Positions 1 to 9,513 of a DNA stretch of 32,000 bases are shown here, in pieces (the first letter of the stretch is position 1; every line of letters begins with the position of its first letter). This stretch comes from Candidatus Nitrosopumilus koreensis AR1. Lineage in GTDB: Archaea > Thermoproteota > Nitrososphaeria > Nitrososphaerales > Nitrosopumilaceae. The stretch spans positions 1,290,001-1,322,000 of the forward strand of contig NC_018655.1 of assembly GCF_000299365.1 (NCBI RefSeq), written 5' to 3'. The translations under genes and the position numbers were made by a program. Below the pieces are notes generated by a model. That model made no database searches and had not been told where the DNA came from. It was given only the letters and a program-made list of their open reading frames with translations.

Positions 1-1
1 A

Positions 2-280
2 GAATCAAAATTCTACAGAACAACAGGTGCAGACATTATCGGAATGACACTAGTTCCAGAATGTCAACTAGCAAGAGAAGCACAGATTTGTTATGCATCA
101 ATCTCAACAGTAACGGATTATGATGTTTGGGCAGAAAAACCAGTAACTGCAAAAGAAGTATTAGAAACACTTTCAAAAAATGTTGAAGGAACAAAGAAAA
201 TACTAACAGAGTTAATTGAAACAATTCCTGAAATTAGAAGTTGTTCTTGTGCAAAAGCATTAGAAGAAGCAGAATTCTAG
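2..280 (+). CDS. mtnP: S-methyl-5'-thioadenosine phosphorylase (MTAP/PNP family), C-terminal part, 5'-truncated by window
   Basis: Frame 2 is open from the window edge: [53 protein letters not shown], typical of the MTAP C-terminal half. Confidence 0.85.
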   Translation, partial: ESKFYRTTGADIIGMTLVPECQLAREAQICYASISTVTDYDVWAEKPVTAKEVLETLSKNVEGTKKILTELIETIPEIRSCSCAKALEEAEF

Positions 281-561
281 TCGTCAACAAATGATTCTTT
301 TTTGAGTCCTTCTGGAAGAGACAAATCTCCTTGAAGTAAGTTTCTTTGAAGAGACATTATTACCTCGTCAACATCATAACCTAGTTTTTCTAATTCTTTT
401 TCAGTAGTTTTTGAAATTTTTGCTCCAACATTTTGTCCACCTATTCTTCCAAAAGCAATTGCTGTAAAACGAAAATCATTATCACCTATGGTAAATTTAC
501 CATTAATCTTTGCAGCCATTTGACTGCCATGAATATCATTAATGTGAACTTTGAGTTCCAT
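277..561 (-). CDS. conserved hypothetical protein (94 aa)
   Basis: Intact ORF, converges on the MTAP stop with 4-bp overlap. Confidence 0.65.
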   Translation of the reverse strand: MELKVHINDIHGSQMAAKINGKFTIGDNDFRFTAIAFGRIGGQNVGAKISKTTEKELEKLGYDVDEVIMSLQRNLLQGDLSLPEGLKKESFVDD

Positions 562-569
562 GTTAGAAA

Positions 570-968
570 TTAAATTTCCACTGCTTTGTTGACGTTATCA
601 TCAATCAAAAAGCTCCAGTGTTTTTCATCTTCAACTTTGTAATCTTTTACTGTTAAAGGAATTATCTTTTCATCAAGACATTCGTGCTTGATTTCGCCAT
701 TTTCTTTTAATTTTACTAATTTCCACTTGTATTTTCCCTGTTGTAATTTACAAACTGTAACACCCCATTTTGCATCAGGATCGATTTTTGGCATCCCTAC
801 AAGATCAGCTAATTCTTCAATTCCAAGTTGTTTTTCTTCACAAAATCTTTTCTTACAAACACCACATCTCCAAACATCAACGGACCCAATAGTTCTTTCA
901 TCTATGTTGATGTTAACCACACCAAAGTAAACAGGTTGATGTTTGCATGTTTCAGTATCAATAGTCAA
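570..968 (-). CDS. hypothetical protein with two Cys-containing motifs (possible zinc ribbon)
   Basis: 132-aa ORF with CKH...CGVCKKRFC; directly upstream of the 277..561 gene on the same strand. Confidence 0.6.
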   Translation of the reverse strand: MTIDTETCKHQPVYFGVVNINIDERTIGSVDVWRCGVCKKRFCEEKQLGIEELADLVGMPKIDPDAKWGVTVCKLQQGKYKWKLVKLKENGEIKHECLDEKIIPLTVKDYKVEDEKHWSFLIDDNVNKAVEI

Positions 969-989
969 TGCAGTTCAAAAATCGAAGTG

Positions 990-1349
990 TTATTTAGTTC
1001 TTGCATCATCATATGGTTTTTCCAAAATCACACCTATATTATCAACAACTTTGTTTCGCTTAAATTCAATATTTTCTCGCTCACACATTCGTCTATACAT
1101 GTTAACCACAGTAAATCTGGGATGCATTGCCTCAAATTCAGTTTCAGAAATATCTATGAAAGCACCCAGATTCATCAGATCTTTTGTTGCTATTTTTGCA
1201 TCATTCAAAGAAATCTTTAATTTTTCTGAAATTGTTTGAGGAGACATTTTTCCATAACAGGTAACAAGCAAATACACTTTGGCCTGTACAGAATTCAAAT
1301 GAATTTCAGATATTAGATCATCTTCAATTTTAGAATCCATATTTTTCAA
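990..1349 (-). CDS. HTH domain transcriptional regulator (TrmB/winged-helix-like)
   Basis: LLVTCYGKMSPQTISEKLKISLNDAKIATKDLMNLGAFIDI resembles a winged HTH. Confidence 0.6.
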   Translation of the reverse strand: MKNMDSKIEDDLISEIHLNSVQAKVYLLVTCYGKMSPQTISEKLKISLNDAKIATKDLMNLGAFIDISETEFEAMHPRFTVVNMYRRMCERENIEFKRNKVVDNIGVILEKPYDDARTK

Positions 1350-1381
1350 TTAGATGATTGTAATAAAACATGATCTATGCA

Positions 1382-1603
1382 TTATTTTTTTACCAACAGT
1401 TTTTTTGAAATTTTTAAGGAAAAACCCATTGCAATAAAGTGAATTACTGCACCCAAAATTGCCCCTAAAATCATGTCATCTAGAAAAACCCAAACTAAGA
1501 CAAATGCAATAAGAGAAGGAACAGATATGATTACAGCAACAACTGTACCTCTAATCATAATTTCACGTTTTGTTAATTTGGTAAATTTTTCATCCTCAGT
1601 CAT
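1382..1603 (-). CDS. small membrane protein (73 aa, two predicted TM segments)
   Basis: ORF with long hydrophobic stretches, ends in KKLLVKK. Confidence 0.55.
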   Translation of the reverse strand: MTEDEKFTKLTKREIMIRGTVVAVIISVPSLIAFVLVWVFLDDMILGAILGAVIHFIAMGFSLKISKKLLVKK

Positions 1604-1619
1604 AGCTCAAATTTTAAAA

Positions 1620-2132
1620 ATGGTAATAAAAACCAAAGATACTTTATATTTGGTAAACTCAGATTTGGACTGTTTGGCAAGTTACAAAGGTGCATATTCA
1701 AATGAACAATCACTAAATTTTGTAATTCCAATAATTGTAATCTTATTTCTAGGAATAATCTATATCATGACTCAAAGAGCAGATTCAGGTTTTGTTAGTT
1801 TCTTCTTAATTGGAGCCGCAGCACTAACAATGTTTTACTGGGTCAGAGTATTAAAGAAAATGACAAAAGACCAAAAACCACTCTACACACAATCAAGAGA
1901 ACAAGAGCAAAAGAATTGGGTATATGATCTTATCAAAGGTGAAGGGGAATTTGTTTTTGTTGCAGAAGTTCCAGGTCCTGAAGACAAAATTGCAGTAAGA
2001 CTAGTAGATGGAATGCTATACATCAGAGGAACTGCAGGATTTTCAAAAGAAGTGCCAATAGAAGGTGCAAACAATATGCAGATATTTGATTTCAAATATA
2101 GAAATGGTGTATTGACACTTAGGATAAAATAA
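1620..2132 (+). CDS. membrane-anchored protein with C-terminal Hsp20/alpha-crystallin-like domain
   Basis: ORF opens at 1473 but antisense-overlaps the upstream gene; ATG at 1620 is in frame (a later start is possible). Two hydrophobic segments, then FVFVAEVPGPEDKIAVRLVDGMLYIRG...FDFKYRNGVLTLRIK, an Hsp20-like pattern. Confidence 0.6.
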   Translation: MVIKTKDTLYLVNSDLDCLASYKGAYSNEQSLNFVIPIIVILFLGIIYIMTQRADSGFVSFFLIGAAALTMFYWVRVLKKMTKDQKPLYTQSREQEQKNWVYDLIKGEGEFVFVAEVPGPEDKIAVRLVDGMLYIRGTAGFSKEVPIEGANNMQIFDFKYRNGVLTLRIK

Positions 2133-3245
2133 TTACAGACTTTTTGCTAATTCTAATTTTTGCGGCAAATATTTGTCAGTGATGTTAGTTAGACCATATT
2201 TGGCAAAGGCCTCCAATTCAGCTTTTCTTTTTAATCTTAGAAATACTTCTAATTCTTTTTTCCAAATTCCTGATTCATATCTTGGATCTTTTTGAAGATC
2301 ATAGCATCTCTTAATGTCAGATTCAGTCATTGGGATTGTTGGTAGTTTGTATTTTTCTATATCAGTAGCCCAAACCCCAACCCATTTTGCATCAGGTACG
2401 GTTAATTCTCTCAGATGTGCAGCATTTGCAGAACCAGATTTAATCACCATGGCAATGTGTTCTCCGTACACATCACCATCAGTTAGAATGATTACAGGCA
2501 ATCCCAGCTCATCATGAAGGCGCTTAAGTAAAGTTCTGGTAGAACGTGGAGCTTGTCCTCCAGTATTGATAATAATAGATTTGAATTTTTTATCAATTTG
2601 TTCTTCAACAAATCTTGTAAAAAGACCACCCTTCTCAATTGCAATTACAATTTCAGCACTAGTATCAACTAATTCAGCAGTTGTCAAACTAGGCCCAATG
2701 GAATAACCATCAGGATGATTTGACAAATTCATTTTTTTCCCCTCATAACCAGGAATAGTATATTCTATATTCAAATCACCAAAAATTGAGCTTCGCTCTT
2801 CTGGAAAAATATGGAAATCCTCCCTAGGTCTCGAGGTTACTGCTTCCAAATCAACAATTATGTTATCGGATTCAGATTGATCTTCAAATTCTATGGCAAA
2901 TGCTTGTGAAGAGTAATACACATCTCTTAACGTAGATGACTTTTTCTCTTGAGTTAAACGATTTGCAAAAAATGCAAGCCACATTAATTGTGTGAAAGAG
3001 CGCAGTTGAGCAGAGTTTTTAGCACTTCTCAATGCATTTGAATTGCCTAAAATGTATTGCCTTAATTTTTTATCATAAACAATATTACCTACAGATCTAC
3101 TCGGGATTGAAAATTTGGGAAATCGTCCATTTTCCAAATCCTCATAGATTTTTGCTCCGTGGTTTTTTAGAGATTCAAGAACACTTTTTTGTTTTTCTTT
3201 AGCCTTTTTACTAATTTCTTTAGCTTTTTCTTTATTTGTTTTCAA
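2133..3245 (-). CDS. top6A: DNA topoisomerase VI subunit A
   Basis: Spo11/Top6A features: LRDVYYSSQAF, toprim-like VIILTDGDVYGEHI. Confidence 0.92.
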   Translation of the reverse strand: MKTNKEKAKEISKKAKEKQKSVLESLKNHGAKIYEDLENGRFPKFSIPSRSVGNIVYDKKLRQYILGNSNALRSAKNSAQLRSFTQLMWLAFFANRLTQEKKSSTLRDVYYSSQAFAIEFEDQSESDNIIVDLEAVTSRPREDFHIFPEERSSIFGDLNIEYTIPGYEGKKMNLSNHPDGYSIGPSLTTAELVDTSAEIVIAIEKGGLFTRFVEEQIDKKFKSIIINTGGQAPRSTRTLLKRLHDELGLPVIILTDGDVYGEHIAMVIKSGSANAAHLRELTVPDAKWVGVWATDIEKYKLPTIPMTESDIKRCYDLQKDPRYESGIWKKELEVFLRLKRKAELEAFAKYGLTNITDKYLPQKLELAKSL

Positions 3246-5115
3246 TTGGTTTTTCCTCCTCTACAGTTTTTGTTTCAGGTTTAGTTTCAATAGGTTCTAG
3301 TTCATCTAAAATTTTCTTGTAATTAGGTTGTTTTTTCTTTCCAGCAAGTTCAGTACAAAACTCTGCGATCATTGGGATGTATTTTGCATAAAGATTTGCC
3401 CTCTTTTTTGCCATTTCAGCTTGTCCTCGTTTGGACATAAATGCCGCAAGTTTTCTTGACAAGAATTGTAGTCCTAATCTTAATTCACGTTCAATCTCTT
3501 GCCTATCTGCAACATTTTCTTTTCCTGCAGTCTTGTACGGAATTCTAGTTGAACAAATATGAGACACTATGATAAATGGTGGATCGCCTTTTACCTTGTA
3601 TCTACCCCAATCAGTATCATTTACAACTTTTAGGACCACATCACTTCCTTCATCATAAAGTAATGGGATTCTGTTTGCGTATCGATACACATGTGGCCCA
3701 CCCGATTTAATATCACCACCATATGCAATTCCCATCTCAACGATAAATGGAAATCCCGAATAAGCTGACGCTGGTCGTTGAACTACTGCAACAAAATCAG
3801 GATTGAAAAATTTCTTGATTCCTTTTTCTAACGGCTCCTCACCTAATGGAGCCAAACAACTAGAGTCCGGAGCCATAAAATCATCGAATTTCTGTAATGA
3901 ATCACTTAGGTTTACTAGTTCTTGATTGGTAAAAGTACCCATACGTTTTTCAGGTTTGAAGCCTGCAAATTCTGCAAATTTTACAGCTGTAGTTGGACCT
4001 ATGCGCTGAAATCGTTTTGTAAGAAAAGTTGTCAGTGGCTCACCTTGAACAGTATTGGTGAGTTGCTTGAAATACTGACTTTCAGGATCCATATCAACTG
4101 TTTTTGATTGAGAGTCTCCAAAGTCCCAATAATGTAATTTTTTGTTTGGAACATCAAGATCTTCAATTCTAATTTTACTTAATTTTTCAAAATCCATTTT
4201 AAGAAATGACAACAAAGCTATTACCACACGAACCTGACGAGAGAGATTTTTCCATTTCTTTTTTGCTTTTGCCATAATTGCAGTAAAGCTAAGACTTTGT
4301 TTTGATAATCCTAAATCTTTTCTTACCTTTTCAATCATTATATCATCAATGGTTGGGATTTCAAATTGAGATTCAACTATCATTCTTCTTATTCTTTCAA
4401 CATCAATTCCATGTGGATGTGGTCTGATAATTGTTGGTGGAGGAGGTATATCTTTTACAAATCTAGGATGATGGAACTTTTGTCCTTTAGGATCATCAAA
4501 AGTAATTGTCGCATATGGAGTAATTAATGATGTTTCATAGACATAATCACGAATTTTGTTTCCTGCTTTAGAGTAATCACCCTCTAAACAAATACTGACT
4601 GAAAGTCCTTTTTTTGCAACTTCTTTTTCAGTATGTTTTACAATTATCGGTTTGTTCTTTTGAATATCTAATAGAATTTCAAATTGATTTTGGATTTTTG
4701 CATCGACTGAACTTTTCACAATTACTGGTTTGTTGGTAGTAATTTGGCCATACAAAATTGCCATTGTTGCACCAAGACCAAACATACCTCTTGCTTGTTT
4801 TAATCCAAATTTGGAGCCATAAAGAACAGTTCCAAATGCAAGTGGAATATGTTTAGCATCAACTCCTGGTCCATTATCCTTAACAGTCAAAATGTAGGGT
4901 TTTGGGTCTGGTTTGTCAGGATCGACAGCCTTGATTGTCAGGTGTACATCAGGCAGAATACCTTTTTGATCACATGCATCAAGAGCATTTTCAACAAACT
5001 CCCTAACAGCAGTATATAGTGAACGGGTAGGATTACTGAATCCAGCCAAGTCACGATTACTGTAGAAAAACTCACTAGGAGAGATTTGATTAAATTTTTC
5101 TTTAATAGAAGACAT
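3232..5115 (-). CDS. top6B: DNA topoisomerase VI subunit B
   Basis: GHKL ATPase motifs: REFVENALDACD, VKDNGPGV, ARGMFGLGATMAILYGQ. Confidence 0.93.
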   Translation of the reverse strand: MSSIKEKFNQISPSEFFYSNRDLAGFSNPTRSLYTAVREFVENALDACDQKGILPDVHLTIKAVDPDKPDPKPYILTVKDNGPGVDAKHIPLAFGTVLYGSKFGLKQARGMFGLGATMAILYGQITTNKPVIVKSSVDAKIQNQFEILLDIQKNKPIIVKHTEKEVAKKGLSVSICLEGDYSKAGNKIRDYVYETSLITPYATITFDDPKGQKFHHPRFVKDIPPPPTIIRPHPHGIDVERIRRMIVESQFEIPTIDDIMIEKVRKDLGLSKQSLSFTAIMAKAKKKWKNLSRQVRVVIALLSFLKMDFEKLSKIRIEDLDVPNKKLHYWDFGDSQSKTVDMDPESQYFKQLTNTVQGEPLTTFLTKRFQRIGPTTAVKFAEFAGFKPEKRMGTFTNQELVNLSDSLQKFDDFMAPDSSCLAPLGEEPLEKGIKKFFNPDFVAVVQRPASAYSGFPFIVEMGIAYGGDIKSGGPHVYRYANRIPLLYDEGSDVVLKVVNDTDWGRYKVKGDPPFIIVSHICSTRIPYKTAGKENVADRQEIERELRLGLQFLSRKLAAFMSKRGQAEMAKKRANLYAKYIPMIAEFCTELAGKKKQPNYKKILDELEPIETKPETKTVEEEKPIENK

Positions 5116-5674
5116 CTTGATCTTCCCACAATTTCATTTTTTCTTGTTTTTCTTTTCTGTTTGCAGCTTCTAGTTTATCATAAACTGCACCATGCATACT
5201 CCCGCTTGAAATAGAAGATATTGCATCTACTGCTAATCGTAATTTACTTGCATCACCAATAATTGAAACTGTTTTTCCATAAACTGAGATATGAGTACCG
5301 CTAAGATTTTCCATATTTCTTCTTGCTCTACCACCTTCTCCAATAATTCTCCCTTTTATCCTTTCAACATTTGCGTTAGATTTTCCGGCAAACTCTCTAA
5401 GATCTATAACATGCAATGTGTTTTCTCCTTTCAACAGAGTCAAAGCGTTTTCAGGAGAAAATCCTCTACCAATTGCTGTAACAATTTCCATCGCTTTGAA
5501 TGGTTGGATCTTTTCAACATCACCATTTGACTTTATGAGAACTTCGCCAGTCTCCCCATCAATATCCAAAATGACATGACATAGGTTTTCAATTTTAGAT
5601 TTAACATTACCTGATTTACCAATCAAAACTGCAATTCTATCATTTGGGATACGGAGTAATTTTTCAAAGCTCAT
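5102..5674 (-). CDS. KH domain RNA-processing protein (archaeal Dim2/Pno1/Krr1-like)
   Basis: Two KH-like segments: RIAVLIGKSGNVKSKIE and GRIIGEGGRARRNMENLSGTHISVYGKTVSIIG. Confidence 0.85.
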   Translation of the reverse strand: MSFEKLLRIPNDRIAVLIGKSGNVKSKIENLCHVILDIDGETGEVLIKSNGDVEKIQPFKAMEIVTAIGRGFSPENALTLLKGENTLHVIDLREFAGKSNANVERIKGRIIGEGGRARRNMENLSGTHISVYGKTVSIIGDASKLRLAVDAISSISSGSMHGAVYDKLEAANRKEKQEKMKLWEDQDVFY

Positions 5675-6450
5675 TTTACAATATCCTCAAATAATTTATC
5701 TGGATCTTCAACAGAAACCCCTCTTTTTTTGAAGAACCTGGTAATGTTATTAATGTCTCTCTTAAGAAATTCTTGAGTATTAGGGTGTCTCAAATCGACT
5801 GCAGAACCTAAATCAAAAACTACCAGTCCTTTTTGGGTCTTGAAGATATTATATTCTGAAAAATCACCATGGACCAATTTTGCTTTTTGATACATATCTT
5901 GTAGAATTTGGATTGCCTGACGGTAGTCGTTTTCATCGACTTGTGAATCCAATAACTGTTTAGATGGTGCACCGTTTTCACCCACAAATTCCATTGCCAG
6001 AACATTATTTGTTACATAGAGTGGTTTTGGAACGGGGATTCCAGCCTCAAAGCATTGCGTTAGATTGCGATATTCCTTTCTTGCCCAGAGATAGACTAGA
6101 TTTTTTGTTCCCTTTTTGACACTAGAGAACCGTGGATCACCAAGAATGTATGGCTCTCGTTTTTTAAAATTTGAAGTACTTACAAGATAAATTTTCAAGG
6201 CTACATCAGAATCACTTTCATCAACTCCCCAAAACAAAACAGATTCTTTTCCAGCACTTACAGCACCATTGACATATGCAATGACATGATCTGTAATCAT
6301 TTTGTACAGAGTCATAACAGTTGGTTTGTCTAAAACTTCGTTTATCACTTTGCCTTTTTTAAAACCATCATCCAAAGTTTTTCGTTTATCTTTTGAAATT
6401 AATTTTTTATCTAATTTTGATTCTAATTTTTTACTTAGTATGTCAGTCAT
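5671..6450 (-). CDS. rio1: RIO1-family serine protein kinase
   Basis: VNGAVSAGKESVLFWG, LAMEFVG, LVHGDFSEYNIF, LVVFDLGSAVDLRHPN. Confidence 0.9.
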   Translation of the reverse strand: MTDILSKKLESKLDKKLISKDKRKTLDDGFKKGKVINEVLDKPTVMTLYKMITDHVIAYVNGAVSAGKESVLFWGVDESDSDVALKIYLVSTSNFKKREPYILGDPRFSSVKKGTKNLVYLWARKEYRNLTQCFEAGIPVPKPLYVTNNVLAMEFVGENGAPSKQLLDSQVDENDYRQAIQILQDMYQKAKLVHGDFSEYNIFKTQKGLVVFDLGSAVDLRHPNTQEFLKRDINNITRFFKKRGVSVEDPDKLFEDIVK

Positions 6451-6524
6451 TAGTTTGTAATACTCCCACTAGATAAAATGAATTTCTTTTTTTAGATGAA
6501 AATATGTGAAGTAAAAATAGCATC

Positions 6525-6821
6525 TTACATTTTAAAGACAATAAGAAAAGGAACTCCAGAGATTTTTTTAACACCATTTTCAGAACCAACACCCAATCCA
6601 AGAGATAAAGAGATAGTTTCATCTCCAACCATGTTAATGATGGCAGAATTTTTTAGTAGAGTTTCAGCTTCTTCTTTTTCCACAAATCTTTCTCCATAAT
6701 ATCTTTCACTGATGTGCATGTTTAGTTCACCTTCAACAATTGTTTTACCCAATAGTTCTGCATCACAAATATTCAACATTGGATTTCTTTGGTAATCAGT
6801 TTGACGTACTGCAAATGGCAT
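6525..6821 (-). CDS. DUF424 family protein
   Basis: CDAELLGKTIVEGELNMHISERYYGE...; 1-bp overlap with aIF2beta, a common archaeal neighbour. Confidence 0.8.
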   Translation of the reverse strand: MPFAVRQTDYQRNPMLNICDAELLGKTIVEGELNMHISERYYGERFVEKEEAETLLKNSAIINMVGDETISLSLGLGVGSENGVKKISGVPFLIVFKM

Positions 6822-7243
6822 TATGCATATTTACCTTTTAGAGTAGATTTTGCACCACAAGCTTCACAAATTAAAAATGATATACGATTTTCTTTTAGAA
6901 TTTTTGTATCAGGGCTTTTGCAAGTTGGACATTCAAGATAATCTTTAACATAAATTTGAAACAGTCTGGTAAAGTCATCAGGATCACGTCTTCCAATAAA
7001 CATGGCCTTGTCACCAATTCTTTCAGCAGGAACTGCAAACTCCTTTGAGAGATATTGCAATACTTTGTCAGGATCTCGTCTAAGCACCTTTGGGAATTCA
7101 GAGAAATTACGCAAGAAAGTTTTTTGGCCTTCCCACATCACATCTACGACAGGGAGTTCAAACCTAGCAGTAGATCCCTTTTCAGTATCACCTAGTTTAT
7201 CCTGTATCCTTTTGAGTAAATTCTCATATTCTGCTTTGGTCAC
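6821..7243 (-). CDS. translation initiation factor aIF-2 beta subunit
   Basis: KTFLRNFSEFPKVLRRDPDKVLQYLSKEF and C-terminal zinc ribbon CPTCKSPDTKILKENRISFLICEACGA. Confidence 0.93.
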   Translation of the reverse strand: MTKAEYENLLKRIQDKLGDTEKGSTARFELPVVDVMWEGQKTFLRNFSEFPKVLRRDPDKVLQYLSKEFAVPAERIGDKAMFIGRRDPDDFTRLFQIYVKDYLECPTCKSPDTKILKENRISFLICEACGAKSTLKGKYA

Positions 7244-7314
7244 TAAAAAATAGTGTAGACTATACCCTATATTGGTTTTTGAAAAAGAAGAATCGTGTGG
7301 ATTTTATTTCTAAA

Positions 7315-7461
7315 TTATTCCATTTTTCCAATTCGGAAAACATTAGTTCCACATTCAGGACATGTCCCTTTTACTGCAGGACGTCCATTCTTTAGTTTAG
7401 TTTCTTTGGGGTTTTTGATGTCCCTTTTTTCGCGACATTTTACGCAATATGCTGTAACCAT
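7315..7461 (-). CDS. small zinc-binding protein, 48 aa (DUF5679-like)
   Basis: Hand-translated below the ORF cut-off: MVTAYCVKCREKRDIKNPKETKLKNGRPAVKGTCPECGTNVFRIGKME; two CxxC knuckles. Confidence 0.82.
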   Translation of the reverse strand: MVTAYCVKCREKRDIKNPKETKLKNGRPAVKGTCPECGTNVFRIGKME

Positions 7462-7710
7462 TCTAAAAATTGTCAAACATGGTGGTATTTAGGAAGAGGC
7501 TGTGAAAAATATTTCACTACAGGCTAGACGCAGGTAAATTTTTTTGTGCCTCAGAAAAAGATTTTCTCATAAAATTTTAACGAATGTTAGTACTTTTTAG
7601 AAAATTATGGTCAAGATTATGCTAAAAGCGAATTTTTCTAATATTTGTTTAATAATTGAAAATTTCTTTAAAGATTATCAATTATAAACTCCCAAACATT
7701 AAGAATTAGA

Positions 7711-8211
7711 ATGGCATCAAAGAAAGGAATTGCAGTTACAATAATCATTTTAGCTGCAATTACTGGAGCAAGTTTTTTTGTATGGATGGTTCCTCAACAA
7801 AATGAAACCACATTCATCGTTACAGATTATGAAGGTTATCTAGATGGAGTAAAAAACATTCATGAAATTTTACAAGAGTCAACTGAAATTGAATATCAAA
7901 AACTTCTAGATAAGGATATTACACCAGAACAATATATTGCATCAGCTGACATCACATCATCCCAAATAACAGCTCAAATTAGTGAATTTGTCACATCAAA
8001 ACCATCTGAAGAATGGCAAAATAGCTACATTAGTTACATGGATGCCATGAAGAAATTTAATGCATATGTGATAGAAACCAAAGTTCTAGCAAATCTAATA
8101 GAGAATGAAAGTTCAGAAGAAGAAATTTCAGAGATAAAACAAAAGATTGAATCATTAAAATCAGAATCACTAGAGTTAGTTAAGATTTCTGATGAGTCAA
8201 GACCAGACTAG
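7711..8211 (+). CDS. hypothetical secreted/membrane-anchored protein (166 aa)
   Basis: N-terminal hydrophobic segment KKGIAVTIIILAAITGASFFVWMV followed by a soluble helical region. Confidence 0.65.
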   Translation: MASKKGIAVTIIILAAITGASFFVWMVPQQNETTFIVTDYEGYLDGVKNIHEILQESTEIEYQKLLDKDITPEQYIASADITSSQITAQISEFVTSKPSEEWQNSYISYMDAMKKFNAYVIETKVLANLIENESSEEEISEIKQKIESLKSESLELVKISDESRPD

Positions 8212-8281
8212 CCTCAAAACCGAATTTTAATAATCATAATTGTTGGAAATCGTTAAAAAGTAATTCTACAAAACAAGATGA

Positions 8282-9427
8282 ATGTCTCAACGCTCAGGCA
8301 AAGTAGAAAAAGATGTTAATGCATCTACGGCTAACAAATTACTTGTAATTTGTGTTGATAGAGATAATGATGTGGGCGAAAAGGCAGGAATAGTTACACC
8401 AGTAATTGGCAGAGATTCCTGTATTGAGGCAGCACAAAGATTAGCATTAGAAGATCCTGAAGACGCAGATTCAAATTCTATTTTTTCAGCAATTAAAACA
8501 TACGAAGATTTGGTTAGTAAAGGATACCAAGTTGAAGTAGTTACGGTTGCAGGAATCAAAGATAGAGGAGTGCAAGCTGATGAAAAAATTCTTAGTGAAA
8601 TAAGAAAGGTCTTAGAAAAATTTTCTGCAAATGGAGCAGTCATAGTTTCAGATGGGGAAGATGACGAAAGTGTCATTCCAGTTATTCAAAATGTCTTACC
8701 AGTAGTTTCTGTACAACGTGTTGTAATGAAAGTAAGTAGAAGTGTAGAGTATTCTTATGCAGTTTTTGGAAAATATCTAAAAATGATTGCATATGACTCG
8801 AGATATTCAAAATTTTTCTTAGGTGTTCCAGGAATACTTTTGTTAATTGGAGGAATTGCTACTATATTTGATTACACAGCAGAAATATTTGCAGTTCTTG
8901 TTAGCATTTTGGGTGGAGCATTTTTAATTCGAGCATTTGATATTGATAGAGTTTGGTCAAGTTGGTCAAAGCCTACACCTATGGGTTTTATCAGAATGTT
9001 TACAATGGTTGCAGGAATATTGTTAATACTTTCATCAATACCATCTGGAATTGCTGCAATTGATCCAGAATTAATTGAGTCAGATACAGGGTTGGTTGGA
9101 AAGATTACTGATCAAATAATTATTGGACAGTTTGTTTCAGGAGTATTACCAATCCTATGGACAGGACTTGGTGCAATATTTGCAGGAACGTTACTTAGTA
9201 ATTGGATTGGAGGAATACCAAGACAAATCAGCGATATTTTGAGAATAATTGTTCTGATTGCGTTGTATCCAACAATATACCAATTTACCAACATCATGAT
9301 TTCTGATGTGAGTTCATTTACTTTGATTCCACCATTACTTGGAGGTTTAGCAGCTACCTTGGTTTCAGCCACAATTCTCTTCAAAAAATACAGAAAACAT
9401 AAAGATCAAGAGATGGTTTCAGATTAA
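8282..9427 (+). CDS. DUF373 family multi-spanning membrane protein
   Basis: LLVICVDRDNDVGEKAGIVTPVIGR...EDADSNSIFSAIKTYEDL...AVIVSDGEDDE, then multiple TM segments. Confidence 0.85.
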   Translation: MSQRSGKVEKDVNASTANKLLVICVDRDNDVGEKAGIVTPVIGRDSCIEAAQRLALEDPEDADSNSIFSAIKTYEDLVSKGYQVEVVTVAGIKDRGVQADEKILSEIRKVLEKFSANGAVIVSDGEDDESVIPVIQNVLPVVSVQRVVMKVSRSVEYSYAVFGKYLKMIAYDSRYSKFFLGVPGILLLIGGIATIFDYTAEIFAVLVSILGGAFLIRAFDIDRVWSSWSKPTPMGFIRMFTMVAGILLILSSIPSGIAAIDPELIESDTGLVGKITDQIIIGQFVSGVLPILWTGLGAIFAGTLLSNWIGGIPRQISDILRIIVLIALYPTIYQFTNIMISDVSSFTLIPPLLGGLAATLVSATILFKKYRKHKDQEMVSD

Positions 9428-9431
9428 TTTG

Positions 9432-9461
9432 AGCCTGCAATCGTATGTAGGCTAAATTTTT
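9432..9461 (+). terminator. stem-loop followed by a short T-tract after the DUF373 gene
   Basis: AGCCTGCA...TGTAGGCT (8 pairs including one G-T, 6-nt loop), then AAATTTTT. Confidence 0.4.
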
Positions 9462-9513
9462 CAAAAACACTGATATCTTTAATCTTATAGTAATTATCAA
9501 AAGGTGAACTGAT

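Noticed and set aside
828-1239. Two plus-strand ORFs (828..1220, 943..1239)
   Set aside because: Antisense to the regulator and zinc-ribbon genes on the minus strand; no recognisable domain and low-complexity translations.
3922-5530. ORFs 3922..4107 (-), 4938..5129 (-), 5291..5530 (+)
   Set aside because: Shadow frames of top6B and KH genes, which are supported by family motifs.
6443-6699. ORFs 6443..6628 (-) and 6496..6699 (+)
   Set aside because: Lie over DUF424 in wrong frame or strand; compositionally like shadow ORFs.
8287-9384. Minus-strand ORFs 8287..8676 and 9112..9384
   Set aside because: Antisense to the DUF373 gene; Ser/Thr-rich translations typical of reverse-strand reading.
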